A stretch of 64,000 bases of DNA, from the IMG/VR virus record IMGVR_UViG_3300032116_012976; one strand, written 5' to 3'. The DNA comes from a virus. Taxonomy: Duplodnaviria > Heunggongvirae > Uroviricota > Caudoviricetes. Below, piece by piece: positions 28,738-37,707 of the stretch. A program made the position numbers and the translations under genes. Position 1 is the stretch's first letter, and every line of letters begins with the position of its first letter. Below the pieces are notes generated by a model that saw nothing but the letters and a program-made list of their open reading frames with translations, searched no databases and was not told the origin of the DNA.

Positions 28738-28766
28738 ATTGTAGCAGATAGGGATTTATTGGTCAA
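28738..28766 (-). promoter_or_regulatory. sigma70-like promoter TTGACC-N17-TGCTACAAT
   Basis: The minus strand reads TTGACCaataaatccctatctgcTACAAT. It lies immediately after a terminator. Confidence 0.55.
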
Positions 28767-28768
28767 AC

Positions 28769-28798
28769 CAAAAAAAAAGCCCTACATGTTGTAGGGCT
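28769..28798 (-). terminator. rho-independent terminator
   Basis: On the minus strand, the hairpin agccctacaacatgtagggct is followed by T9. It lies downstream of the dioxygenase-like gene. Confidence 0.6.
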
Positions 28799-28843
28799 AT
28801 TGTAACACTTGAGTATTACCTTTTGAAATGTAGTACTCTAGTA

Positions 28844-29575
28844 TTACATTGGGATCAAATGCTCCAGCTCGCTTTGCCCATGCACATCAATGATAAAGTG
28901 CAGTCTTGGATGTGGGCTGTTATTTTTTACCCAGTGCTTTAGACCTGCGTTGAAAAAATAAACACGACCGTCTGCTGGTAGGTGCTGTTCTTGTATGCCT
29001 TGTTTGGTTAGCATAAACATACTGACGTCAGGGTGAGTCAGCACAGGAATGTGAAACCTTGTGACATAACTGGGGTCATAATCAAAGTGCGGTTTGATTT
29101 CGTGACCTGCTCCTAGGTATGCCAGTCTTGCTCTAGTAATTCGACTGGTAAACATGTCAAAAATCCGTTCAATCTCACCAGTCACCATGTTGGTGCGTAC
29201 TCCGTAGTTGAGATCGTCAGCTTCGGGCACATACCGAGGATCATTGGGATCCTGACGCTTGACTCGTTCTATCATGGTTGTGGCTTTAACTTCCACAGGC
29301 CCACGGCTTTTTGATTTGTCAAACTCAGTAAGTTGTATCTGTCTAAATTTTTCACTTTCCAAACTGGGTGCATCTGCTTCTTTAAACAAATTATCCAAGG
29401 TCCATTGGTTGGCTTTGATGAATGGAGTGAATGCACCATCAGTACTGGCCTTGACATCAACATAGTGATCCCAGTCTAGGAGACTGTTGTCTTTCAAGTG
29501 TTTGATCAATTGTGGTGTGTCTATGTGAAAATTGTTCAGATAGCCAAACGCTGGAAGTTGTTTTCGTGTTTTCAT
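28844..29575 (-). CDS. Fe(II)/2-oxoglutarate dioxygenase-like protein (PhyH-like)
   Basis: A HxD...H arrangement: HEIKPHFDYDP...GLKHWVKNNSPHPRLHF. Length 243 aa. Followed by a rho-independent terminator. Confidence 0.4.
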   Translation of the reverse strand: MKTRKQLPAFGYLNNFHIDTPQLIKHLKDNSLLDWDHYVDVKASTDGAFTPFIKANQWTLDNLFKEADAPSLESEKFRQIQLTEFDKSKSRGPVEVKATTMIERVKRQDPNDPRYVPEADDLNYGVRTNMVTGEIERIFDMFTSRITRARLAYLGAGHEIKPHFDYDPSYVTRFHIPVLTHPDVSMFMLTKQGIQEQHLPADGRVYFFNAGLKHWVKNNSPHPRLHFIIDVHGQSELEHLIPM

Positions 29576-30303
29576 TGTTTGACCAGTCTAATTAAATATC
29601 CAGCAACATCAATTTGCCACCACTTTAGTCCAAAGCGCCAGTCACTGGGATTGGCATGATGATTGTTGTGCCATCCTTCGCCCCACACAAGTACACCTAA
29701 AATAGGATTGTTAACACTGGTATCTTTGCCAGGATAATCTTGCCAGCCTATGGTGTGACCAATGTTGTTGATCAAACCGCCTGCATGGAATAAAAACAAA
29801 GCAGGCACCAAGTGAGCATAGACCACAGCCATTGGATCTATAGCATACAGTATCACAGCATACGCACCGTGTATGGCCCAATAGTAATTGTGCATGAATG
29901 CATGAAATCTACTGCGCATGAGATCAGTAACCATTCTAAGACTGGGCTGATTGAACATGATTAAAAATTGCACACGGAAGAATCCTTTGTGCAAGGGACT
30001 GTGGGGATCGCGTTCGGTATCCACAAATTTATGATGTTCACGATGTATGGCAACCCAAGCAATACTAGAGCCCACTCCACCGAGAGTGCCAATTATGGTG
30101 CCAAGGTATTCCCACCAAGCAGGTGCTTTATAACTTCTATGACTCAATAGTCTGTGAAAAGTTGCACTGGCACCAATACTGCCAGTTACAACGTATACGC
30201 CAAACGCTACGGCCCATTGCCACCATTCACCATTCACCATTAGGCACACCAAGGCAGCTATGCACATGGTTTGAAAAACAAACAACCAGTTTATGCGTTT
30301 CAT
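29572..30303 (-). CDS. membrane fatty-acid desaturase (delta9-like)
   Basis: Three histidine boxes: HRLLSHRSY, HREHHKF and HNNHHANP. The N-terminus is hydrophobic. Confidence 0.75.
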   Translation of the reverse strand: MKRINWLFVFQTMCIAALVCLMVNGEWWQWAVAFGVYVVTGSIGASATFHRLLSHRSYKAPAWWEYLGTIIGTLGGVGSSIAWVAIHREHHKFVDTERDPHSPLHKGFFRVQFLIMFNQPSLRMVTDLMRSRFHAFMHNYYWAIHGAYAVILYAIDPMAVVYAHLVPALFLFHAGGLINNIGHTIGWQDYPGKDTSVNNPILGVLVWGEGWHNNHHANPSDWRFGLKWWQIDVAGYLIRLVKQ

Positions 30304-31079
30304 GATCTTACTACCTCGCCATAGATTCTTCTAGTGTTGTTGCCACCAGCCAAAGAAACAATCTCTCCCGGTTCTACATCTCTAGTAACAGTGATTCGAG
30401 GATGTAGTTCAGCATTACTACCAATATTTGGTCCGCGCTCATTGTTAAATTTGCCGTACCCTACAATTGCAGTGTCAGGGTGAATTAACACATTGTCACC
30501 TAATGTTACTCTACTACAAATTTTTACAAATTCATGTAGGATGCAATTTTTTCCAATAGTGGTATGATGCGCAACAGTAGTAGAATTATGTATTCGGCTG
30601 TGAGCACCAATCTTTGTATAATGTGCTACTCCGGCGTTGAATCCAATATAGCACCCTGGGCCAATTTCTGCTTCGTCATACACCTCACTGGCTGGATGTA
30701 TCAGCGTTGCACAGTTGAGTTTATGTTGATCAATCAGATCAATATACGCAAGTCTTTTGGATTTCGATCTTAGATCAAGACTTGACCAAGACATTCCAAC
30801 AAAAAAATCATACTGGTCTCGAGCAGCCTCAAAATCAAACGAGTCTTCGCTTCCAATCACAGGCAATCCATTTTTAGTATCAGTGTTCCTGTAATAATCA
30901 CTGTCAACAATACCTGCAACGGGTATGTTACGAAGAGTACACACTCTTATAAAAATTTCTAAGTTTGTACTGGTGCCTAAAAAAACAATTGGTTTGTGCA
31001 TGCGATTATTTAAGTTAGTGTGCGAGCAAATAAATATTTCATATGAAAATCTCTCGCTCCTTGATCGACCCAGTGGCAC
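30300..31079 (-). CDS. NeuD/PglD-like hexapeptide-repeat sugar N-acetyltransferase
   Basis: N-terminal Rossmann-like IVFLGTST...AGIVDSD. A left-handed beta-helix repeat region IGPGCYIGFNAGVAHYTKIGAHSRIHNSTTVAHHTTIGKNCILH. Confidence 0.6.
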   Translation of the reverse strand: MPLGRSRSERFSYEIFICSHTNLNNRMHKPIVFLGTSTNLEIFIRVCTLRNIPVAGIVDSDYYRNTDTKNGLPVIGSEDSFDFEAARDQYDFFVGMSWSSLDLRSKSKRLAYIDLIDQHKLNCATLIHPASEVYDEAEIGPGCYIGFNAGVAHYTKIGAHSRIHNSTTVAHHTTIGKNCILHEFVKICSRVTLGDNVLIHPDTAIVGYGKFNNERGPNIGSNAELHPRITVTRDVEPGEIVSLAGGNNTRRIYGEVVRS

Positions 31080-31093
31080 TCAGTTCCGTTGGC

Positions 31094-31825
31094 ATGTTAT
31101 TTCCAATTTGGACAGTGATCTGGTTGACAATAAACTGGTCATGGACTACATTTTTTGTTGTGCTATTGACCAGTTGGTTTATGGGAATTCACATCACTAT
31201 GTTTGCGCATCGCGCCTGGTGTCATCGCGCCTGGAAACCTAGTTCAGTAGTTGATTTGTATGGACTTGTTGTATTTACCTTGTGCCTAGTAGGCAACAGC
31301 ATTGGATGGGTGGGAATTCATCGCGAACATCATGCACATTGTGACACTGACCGTGATCCACATTCTCCATATCATAAGAGTCGGTGGGCTATTCAATTTT
31401 TGAGCTATTTCAATCAAGTCAAAACCAAATACATTGTGGACCTTGGTAGAGATTCTCGCCATCTTTGGTTTTATCATTGGTACTGGGCCCTCAACATAGT
31501 TTGGTTTGCATTGTTATTTGCAATTGATCCTGCCCTGGTAGGATTATGGATAGCAGTAATTGGACTCACAGTGTTCAAACTTCACACAATCAATTCATTG
31601 TGTCATCGCACACCTTGGTTCTTGCTACCTATACACAATGATGACACCAGCAGTAACAGTGTGCTGATGGTGTTATTAAACATCAACAATGGCGAAGCTT
31701 GGCACAAGAACCATCATCAAAATGCAGCCAACTATAGATTCAGTCAACGCTGGTATGAAATTGACCCACCTGCCAGAATAATTGAACTACTGGCGCAATT
31801 CAAGCTGGCCAGTATCAATCGCTGA
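31094..31825 (+). CDS. membrane fatty-acid desaturase, second copy
   Basis: His boxes HRAWCHRAW, HREHHAH and HKNHHQN. The ORF track starts at 31043; the internal Met at 31094 avoids overlap with the divergent gene. Confidence 0.65.
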   Translation: MLFPIWTVIWLTINWSWTTFFVVLLTSWFMGIHITMFAHRAWCHRAWKPSSVVDLYGLVVFTLCLVGNSIGWVGIHREHHAHCDTDRDPHSPYHKSRWAIQFLSYFNQVKTKYIVDLGRDSRHLWFYHWYWALNIVWFALLFAIDPALVGLWIAVIGLTVFKLHTINSLCHRTPWFLLPIHNDDTSSNSVLMVLLNINNGEAWHKNHHQNAANYRFSQRWYEIDPPARIIELLAQFKLASINR

Positions 31826-32698
31826 CCCATCAAATGGGCTAACATAGCCCATGGCTCTCCACAACAGACGGTTTTCAATATTTTCAAATGCAGGACGAGC
31901 ATGCATGCTCAACCACTGGCAATTGATAATTATTTCATAGTCTTGCCAATGATGAGCGTACTGGTACTTGGGCTGAGTTAGAAATTTGTACAGATAACTG
32001 AACCATGCTTGTTGTCCAGCGTTTGGAACTGGTGTTTTGCCAATATAGAATATTGGATTTTGCATGGGTGACCAATGGATGCCCGTGGCCCCTGATTTGT
32101 TTTGAGTAACAAATTTGTTAAATCCTGTTCTGCCTTGATAGTTAACGTCTGCAGCCATAGGCCCGTTATCTGTACTGCCTGAGTAATTGTAATAACACAT
32201 GAGCTGATCCAGACTTCTTAATAGTCCAACTGGTGTATCGGTTGCTTGCCTAAGATCGTTTAATGCTTGTATGCTGTTGGTAAATCCTGTGATGCTGCCT
32301 TCAGTATGTTCTACCCCGTACAAACACAAAGCATCGGGACGTTCTGCGGCAGTTCTTCCTGGTTCGTTGCAGTGCCAAGGCAAATCATCTGGCATGCCAA
32401 ATAATCCAGTGATTTCACCGTGGACATCTTTCTTACCAGTGACTCTGATAATTTCTTTGTTGGTTTGTTCGACAAATATTTTTTCTTTGGCTGGAAGATC
32501 GTTATTGAGATCATCAAACACACCAGAAGTAAATTGATGATATTGATCAATGGTTAACGGTTGCGTGTTATGGATTACAACCAGCAAGTTGGTATAAGGT
32601 AGCGTTCTTAATTGATCGCGTTCGGTGCTGTTTACATCTAGCACGTTTAGTTGATCTACATGCACTACCCAGCCGTTTGGATCTAAAGTTAATTTCAT
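31787..32698 (-). CDS. TauD/TfdA-like dioxygenase-superfamily protein (tentative)
   Basis: Motif DLPWHCNEPG. Paralogous to 33739..34608 (KLTLDPNGWVVHVD / KIQLHENGWTSIITD). Metal ligands are not firmly assigned. Confidence 0.3.
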   Translation of the reverse strand: MKLTLDPNGWVVHVDQLNVLDVNSTERDQLRTLPYTNLLVVIHNTQPLTIDQYHQFTSGVFDDLNNDLPAKEKIFVEQTNKEIIRVTGKKDVHGEITGLFGMPDDLPWHCNEPGRTAAERPDALCLYGVEHTEGSITGFTNSIQALNDLRQATDTPVGLLRSLDQLMCYYNYSGSTDNGPMAADVNYQGRTGFNKFVTQNKSGATGIHWSPMQNPIFYIGKTPVPNAGQQAWFSYLYKFLTQPKYQYAHHWQDYEIIINCQWLSMHARPAFENIENRLLWRAMGYVSPFDGSAIDTGQLELRQ

Positions 32699-32817
32699 AA
32701 TTGTAATAAAATTACCGGTTACGACTCCGGTGCTGAACTATGGTGTCAGCCGTTCTGATCTGTACCCTATCACTTCACCATACTTTCACAAGCAGAGGGC
32801 TAGGCAGAAAGCCGCCT

Positions 32818-33438
32818 TTAATCTACATGATGCTCAGTTTTGAAATTGCCGTTTTGCAAGCCAATCCGTCCACCTTCTGCTTCAATGCGTTTGTACACAT
32901 CTTCCAACAAGATAGGCGCAAAATCAGTCTGCTCCACACATACGCAATGATACCGCACATCCAGTTCTGTGCCATACAAGATCTCTCCTGTACGGGCATC
33001 AACACCACGAGCTTTCTTAACTCGAGTGGCGTGCAAGTGTCCGTGGATGTTTACACCAAAGCGACCCAAGCTAGATTCATGCACAGGAATGTGACTCAAG
33101 ATCATTCCGTTCAACACATGATATGCTCGCAATTCACGAAAGTACCTGCGGTACTCATCATCACGGAAGATATCATGGTTGCCGCGGATCAATACCTTGT
33201 CGCCGTTCAAGCGATGTAACGTAGGCAATGCCTTGCGGTTAATAACCACGTCACCCAAATGGTAGACCTTGTCTGATGGACGAACACGGTCGTTCCAACG
33301 GCGGATCATTTCCTCATCCATCTCTGCAGGATCATCCCACGGACGCAATTTCACAGTGTCATCATCTGGGTGTGTAAACTTGCACACGCCAACATGACCA
33401 AAATGCGTGTCGCTTACCAAAAATGTTGCTGGCATCAT
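32818..33438 (-). CDS. calcineurin-like metallophosphoesterase
   Basis: Motifs GDVV...GNHD. Length 206 aa. Confidence 0.6.
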   Translation of the reverse strand: MMPATFLVSDTHFGHVGVCKFTHPDDDTVKLRPWDDPAEMDEEMIRRWNDRVRPSDKVYHLGDVVINRKALPTLHRLNGDKVLIRGNHDIFRDDEYRRYFRELRAYHVLNGMILSHIPVHESSLGRFGVNIHGHLHATRVKKARGVDARTGEILYGTELDVRYHCVCVEQTDFAPILLEDVYKRIEAEGGRIGLQNGNFKTEHHVD

Positions 33439-33449
33439 GTGCCTCCTTT

Positions 33450-33683
33450 TTATTCTACTACTTTACAATAACGGCACTGAAATGCAAATGCTAATTTTTG
33501 ATGAGTTTTTCTCTCACCATTGTCTTGCCATTCGTATTCAATCCAGTCACCGTCTACTGTGACAATTTTGACTTCGCGGTTACTGCCGTCGGCAGGTGCC
33601 CAGCGTTGACCGCTTGCAAGCTCGTCGGCCGGGAAGAAGTGGCCACAAACAAGGTTGCGACCGTTTACAGTTTCAATTCTCAT
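33450..33683 (-). CDS. hypothetical protein
   Basis: A 77-aa ORF with a promoter at 33710-33738. Confidence 0.35.
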   Translation of the reverse strand: MRIETVNGRNLVCGHFFPADELASGQRWAPADGSNREVKIVTVDGDWIEYEWQDNGERKTHQKLAFAFQCRYCKVVE

Positions 33684-33709
33684 TTTGCACTCCTTTCTGT
33701 TAATGTGTA

Positions 33710-33738
33710 ATTATAGCAGATCAGGAATTTTTGGTCAA
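33710..33738 (-). promoter_or_regulatory. sigma70-like promoter TTGACC-N17-TGCTATAAT
   Basis: The minus strand reads TTGACCaaaaattcctgatctgcTATAAT. Confidence 0.6.
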
Positions 33739-34608
33739 TCACACTAAAGTATTAGAAATGTTGCAGTGATCAAAGTTAAGAGCAATGCGATGCACCACTC
33801 GATTCTGAATGTTTTCACAGCGCCATCTTTTGTGAATACTTAACCATTGTTCACTTAACACAATGTCACCGTCTTGCCAATCGTGGTGATATGTGTATTT
33901 TTCTTGCTCCACATGTTGTCGTAATTTTTGAATTAGGGCATCGCTTTTGTCTTTGTCAAAACCCAGTATCTGATGAATTTGTAAAAACGAAAAAAACATG
34001 CCTGTGACACCAGCCTGGTTGGTGTGTAACAAACTTGGATACCAATTGTGGTTGATGGCATTTGAATCTCGACTGGTGATTGTGTAAGTGTCTTCAGAGA
34101 TCACCCTAGCATCAAACCCCATGACCAGTTTTAAATCTTTGATTTGTTCTTTGAGTTCTTGGTCAAGATCTTGATAACTCAAAATGTTGTTGATCCAACT
34201 GGTTCGGCTGCCAACAGAATCTTTTACTGAATACAACCAAATCAACGGATCTCGGTCTTCACTACCGGTTCTATTGCAGTGCCAATCTAGATCACTCACA
34301 TGTTCAAACACACCTGGTTGTCCATGATGGTGACCACCGCCACCTACTCTGACAATTTTACCACGCCCGCCTTGTACTAATTTTGTGCCCGGTGTTGGCG
34401 TATTAGCCGGCGCCACTTGCTCACATGCACCAATTTTTTCACAGATGTCAACTTCGTCTCCGGGCAAAAGGTGTTGATCGCGTATCACAACCACGGTGTC
34501 TTTGGCAGCAAGCCAAGCAATGGTATTCATCTCTTGCTGTGAAGCAGAACGTAAATCAATATCAGTAATGATTGAAGTCCAACCATTTTCGTGTAGTTGT
34601 ATTTTCAT
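33739..34608 (-). CDS. TauD/TfdA-like dioxygenase-superfamily protein, paralog (tentative)
   Basis: Motif DLDWHCNRTG. Paralog of 31787..32698. Confidence 0.3.
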   Translation of the reverse strand: MKIQLHENGWTSIITDIDLRSASQQEMNTIAWLAAKDTVVVIRDQHLLPGDEVDICEKIGACEQVAPANTPTPGTKLVQGGRGKIVRVGGGGHHHGQPGVFEHVSDLDWHCNRTGSEDRDPLIWLYSVKDSVGSRTSWINNILSYQDLDQELKEQIKDLKLVMGFDARVISEDTYTITSRDSNAINHNWYPSLLHTNQAGVTGMFFSFLQIHQILGFDKDKSDALIQKLRQHVEQEKYTYHHDWQDGDIVLSEQWLSIHKRWRCENIQNRVVHRIALNFDHCNISNTLV

Positions 34609-35030
34609 GTGTCTAATTGCACTTCTTGCCAGGTCGAGTCGCCGAGCATTTTAACTGCCATCACGTAGGTGTGCTGTTCTCCAGGGCCAGCGCACCAGTG
34701 ATGCGGATGATTCATACTCAACCAATGCTCGTTTTTTATTGAGTTAAAATACACATAGTAAGTTTTACCATGTCGAGGTTGTAAGCCGTACTTGACGCCG
34801 TGCATGATCTCACTAACATGCAGGCGTTGTTGAAGTGCGTCGGCCTGTTGTTTTAACACTTCAACTTGTTGCATGATCCTGTCATATTCTTGTTGAGCAT
34901 GCATTCGCCCTACATTGAGTATGACATCTTTTTCTCGTTCAACAGGAACAGGGGCAAACGCAGGACTGCCCAACTCCATTGGGTAAGGCAGACTGTTTCT
35001 TCTATCTCCGTCTTCTTTAGATAGATCCAT
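34605..35030 (-). CDS. hypothetical protein
   Basis: A 141-aa ORF with a 4-bp overlap. Confidence 0.3.
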   Translation of the reverse strand: MDLSKEDGDRRNSLPYPMELGSPAFAPVPVEREKDVILNVGRMHAQQEYDRIMQQVEVLKQQADALQQRLHVSEIMHGVKYGLQPRHGKTYYVYFNSIKNEHWLSMNHPHHWCAGPGEQHTYVMAVKMLGDSTWQEVQLDT

Positions 35031-35286
35031 TGGTTCTACGTCTACGTCGGGGTTCTAAATCTTGTTCGCGATAGAGATAGTCTCTTGTGATTTTGCCTTG
35101 TTCAATTTCTTCAAGTACTGCCACTGAGTTGCTGTTTTTACTTGCAACTTTTCGCATGTCGCCGCGATTGAGTTCGCGCAATCGTCGAGAAGCCACTAGC
35201 ACCAAGTCATAGCGATTGCCAATTGCGGCTACTGCGGCTTCGCTGGTCAACCCGGCTGTTCTGTCGTTACTGTGAATAATTTTCAT
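35017..35286 (-). CDS. rpoZ: DNA-directed RNA polymerase omega-subunit-like protein
   Basis: The segment EAAVAAIGNRYDLVLVASRRLRELN...VAVLEEIEQGKI aligns with the conserved core of bacterial RpoZ (IGNRFDLVLVAARRARQ...ALREIEEG). Confidence 0.5.
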   Translation of the reverse strand: MKIIHSNDRTAGLTSEAAVAAIGNRYDLVLVASRRLRELNRGDMRKVASKNSNSVAVLEEIEQGKITRDYLYREQDLEPRRRRRTNGSI

Positions 35287-35572
35287 TGTTGTTTCCGTTT
35301 GAGTGATGGTGGTTGAGGGAATCTAAATCTTGAAATAGTTTTTTCTCTTGGGCTGTAAGTTTGTCTTTATGTGTCTTACGTGGATTGCCACACAAGTAAC
35401 ATGCAGGATTGCCGCAGTCCATGGCATGATGTTTGGCCAGGCGATGTGTTTGCCTAATGCTTCGTAAGTTGTAGGTGCTATGACTTTTGGCAATTTTGAC
35501 TTGTCTAGCAATTGCAACATCTGTTTTATGACGGCGAGCTGAGTTTTTGAATTTAGCAAAGTCGTTAGCCAT
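35267..35572 (-). CDS. hypothetical basic protein with CxxC...CxxC zinc-ribbon-like motif
   Basis: Motif CGNPACYLCGNP. Length 101 aa. Confidence 0.3.
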   Translation of the reverse strand: MANDFAKFKNSARRHKTDVAIARQVKIAKSHSTYNLRSIRQTHRLAKHHAMDCGNPACYLCGNPRKTHKDKLTAQEKKLFQDLDSLNHHHSNGNNNENYSQ

Positions 35573-35760
35573 CAGCCACCTCTTCCGCTGGCTTTTCTAA
35601 CAGGTGCTCCTTTGATCATTGGTGCGCCGTAGTTTTGTTTGGTCTTGGTAGTTTTGGTTTTTACTGTGGGTCGAGCAGCCTCATGCTTTTTGGCAAGAGC
35701 CTCTCGCACAGCGTCAGTGAGTTTGGAAGATTTTGGATCGTTCATATAACTATTTAACAA
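35572..35760 (-). CDS. hypothetical small basic protein
   Basis: A 62-aa lysine-rich ORF. Confidence 0.3.
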   Translation of the reverse strand: MLNSYMNDPKSSKLTDAVREALAKKHEAARPTVKTKTTKTKQNYGAPMIKGAPVRKASGRGG

Positions 35761-35797
35761 TGTAGAACCAGTATAACACAGTTCTACATTGTTGTCA
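35755..35797. repeat. 13-bp perfect inverted repeat (hairpin) downstream of rubredoxin
   Basis: aacaatgtagaac...gttctacattgtt. Confidence 0.45.
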
Positions 35798-35799
35798 AG

Positions 35800-35928
35800 T
35801 TACATTGCCTGGAATTCTTCCTTACCGCAACCACACTCTGGACAGTTATAGTATTTTGGCAAATCGTCAAATTTACCATCTGTCTCTTCATTGTGGACAT
35901 GGCCACATACAGTGCATACGTATTCCAT
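35800..35928 (-). CDS. rubredoxin-like protein
   Basis: Motif MEYVCTVCGHV...CPECGCG (CxxCG...CPxCG). It has its own RBS GGAGA 6 nt upstream of the ATG at 35928. The ORF track gives a longer N-extended form. Confidence 0.6.
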   Translation of the reverse strand: MEYVCTVCGHVHNEETDGKFDDLPKYYNCPECGCGKEEFQAM

Positions 35929-35938
35929 TTCCGTCTCC

Positions 35939-36376
35939 TTATTGTGCTTCTTTGTGAGCAGCCAGGGCTTTGGTGAAACGATTGGCATGTGAGCGTTCGG
36001 CTTTGGCCAGTGTTTCAAACCAGTCAGCAATCTCGTCTAAGCCTTCGTCTCTGGCAGTTTTGGCCATGCCAGGATACATGTCAGTGTATTCATGTGTTTC
36101 GCCATGAATAGCACTTTCCAGAGCCTGCTCAACAGATTTGGCACTCATGCCAGTGGCGGGATCTCCAGCACCACCTTCGATCAAGTATTCCATATGACCG
36201 TGTGCATGTCCAGTTTCGCCTTCGGCAGTTGAACGGAACAAGGCAGCAACGTCATTGTCGCCTGCTACGTCGGCCATGTTTGCGAAATACAAGTATCGAC
36301 GATTGGCTTGCGATTCTCCGGCAAATGCCGCCTTCAAGTTTTCTTCGGTACGGGTACCTTTTACAGATTGTGTCAT
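35939..36376 (-). CDS. rubrerythrin (ferritin-like diiron domain only)
   Basis: Diiron E..H motifs: [13 protein letters not shown] and [18 protein letters not shown] promoter lies upstream at about 36401-36430. Confidence 0.65.
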   Translation of the reverse strand: MTQSVKGTRTEENLKAAFAGESQANRRYLYFANMADVAGDNDVAALFRSTAEGETGHAHGHMEYLIEGGAGDPATGMSAKSVEQALESAIHGETHEYTDMYPGMAKTARDEGLDEIADWFETLAKAERSHANRFTKALAAHKEAQ

Positions 36377-36400
36377 GTTTCCTCCTATAGTGACATCACT

Positions 36401-36430
36401 AGTATATAGTATAGAACATACCTAAGTCAA
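36401..36430 (-). promoter_or_regulatory. sigma70-like promoter TTGACT-N16/18-TATATA/TATACT
   Basis: Upstream of the rubrerythrin gene, which has RBS GGAGG. Confidence 0.45.
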
Positions 36431-36478
36431 GGCATTTTGCTATTGTATTTTTCTATGACGGAGTTTGAGGTTTTTTAT

Positions 36479-36553
36479 TGGCCGGCCCTGAGAGGATCGA
36501 ACTCCCACCGCTTGTTTCGAAGACAAGCATGATATCCATTTCACCAAGGGCCG
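36479..36553 (-). tRNA. tRNA-Arg(TCG)
   Basis: A hand-folded cloverleaf. T-arm GGGAGTTCGATCCTCTC. Anticodon loop CTTCGAA. CCA is encoded. Confidence 0.65.
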
Positions 36554-36636
36554 AGAATTGGTGCTCCCAACTGGTAACGATCCAGTGTTTCTACATTACC
36601 AATGTAGTGTAATGCCTTTATACTATGAGAGCTAAG

Positions 36637-36710
36637 TGGAGCAGGATACCAGAATCGAACTGGTGACTGGACCTTGGCAAGGTTCTATTTTACCCCTAAA
36701 CTAATCCTGC
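36637..36710 (-). tRNA. tRNA-Gly(GCC)
   Basis: T-arm CCAGTTCGATTCTGG. Anticodon loop TTGCCAA. CCA is encoded. Confidence 0.6.
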
Positions 36711-36723
36711 ATTCCGTTACTTA

Positions 36724-37200
36724 TTAGGCAGCTCGTAAACTCTTAAATCTATCTGCCGCGTATGATGCTGCAAATGCTTCTGGCTTCACAAACGGAATCA
36801 CATTGCATGTTCCTTTGATGTAGCCCACAGCTTGCGAGATCACACAACTTGAACCGTATTGTTCGTCTGGGTTGATGTCCAAGTGAACTTCAACTTGACG
36901 GCCTTCTAGTACGTCAGCCAGTTTCAAATACAGTTCTGAAACCTTGTACACTTCGGTCATCAAACGCATGGCAGGTTTGCCTGGTTTCACGTCCCACACA
37001 CGCTCGCGTTGAACTTCGCCAAACAGTTTGCAGCCGTTGTTGCCGTTGATGTGTACCACAATGGCCAACACATAGTCGGCATACCAGGTACCGTCAATTT
37101 TGATTCGTTCAGAGTCGCAGCCAAGGTAGATGCGAGTTTCGGGCGTTTGTTTCTGGATAAATTCTGCTACTGATGCTATATCGAGCTTTTTCATTTTCAA
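36724..37200 (-). CDS. hypothetical protein (possibly RNase H-like / DUF458-like)
   Basis: A 158-aa ORF. There is only a weak family impression from ...VHLDINPDEQYG.... Confidence 0.3.
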   Translation of the reverse strand: MKMKKLDIASVAEFIQKQTPETRIYLGCDSERIKIDGTWYADYVLAIVVHINGNNGCKLFGEVQRERVWDVKPGKPAMRLMTEVYKVSELYLKLADVLEGRQVEVHLDINPDEQYGSSCVISQAVGYIKGTCNVIPFVKPEAFAASYAADRFKSLRAA

Positions 37201-37223
37201 CTTTCAAAAATATTTATTGATAG

Positions 37224-37300
37224 TGGTACCCCAGGAGGGATTCGAACCCTCAGAATTCTCCTTTTGAGAGAGACACGTATTCCAGTTCCGTCACCGGGGC
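37224..37300 (-). tRNA. tRNA with anticodon CAA (Leu) on a class-I scaffold
   Basis: T-arm GAGGGTTCGAATCCCTC. By position counting, the anticodon loop is CTCAAAA. The variable region is short. Confidence 0.5.
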
Positions 37301-37305
37301 ATTTG

Positions 37306-37342
37306 CAAAAAAAAAAACAGTAGGACTGGCCTACTGTTTTTA
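37306..37342. terminator. bidirectional rho-independent terminator
   Basis: The A11 run, the 8-bp stem acagtagg/cctactgt and the T5 run. Confidence 0.55.
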
Positions 37343-37371
37343 TAACTTGTGTCAGACAATCTGATCATGCG

Positions 37372-37707
37372 TTATTCTGTATAATCTTCTACAGTAAATG
37401 ACACAGGAACAACACTAAAAGTTGAAAGTTGTGCAGTCATCCATTCAACAAAGTCTTCTGCATTTTTTTTGTTTTCCCATTTTCGAGTTACAGTTAAATG
37501 GGTGGGACCTAGTTCTGACGGGTCGAGACCTGCGGTACCAACCACAGTAAAGTCATCATGCCCACCGTCTCCAACAATTTGTAAATAATTACTCCAAGGG
37601 ATAATAGTTCTTGCTGTTTCTCGATCTTCTACAGACGCATACACCAACACAGTTTTAGCAACTATAGCCATAATAATCTCCTTTTTGTATTTATTGCTTT
37701 GCGGCAA
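37372..37707 (-). CDS. hypothetical protein
   Basis: A 111-aa ORF followed by a bidirectional terminator. Confidence 0.3.
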   Translation of the reverse strand: MPQSNKYKKEIIMAIVAKTVLVYASVEDRETARTIIPWSNYLQIVGDGGHDDFTVVGTAGLDPSELGPTHLTVTRKWENKKNAEDFVEWMTAQLSTFSVVPVSFTVEDYTE

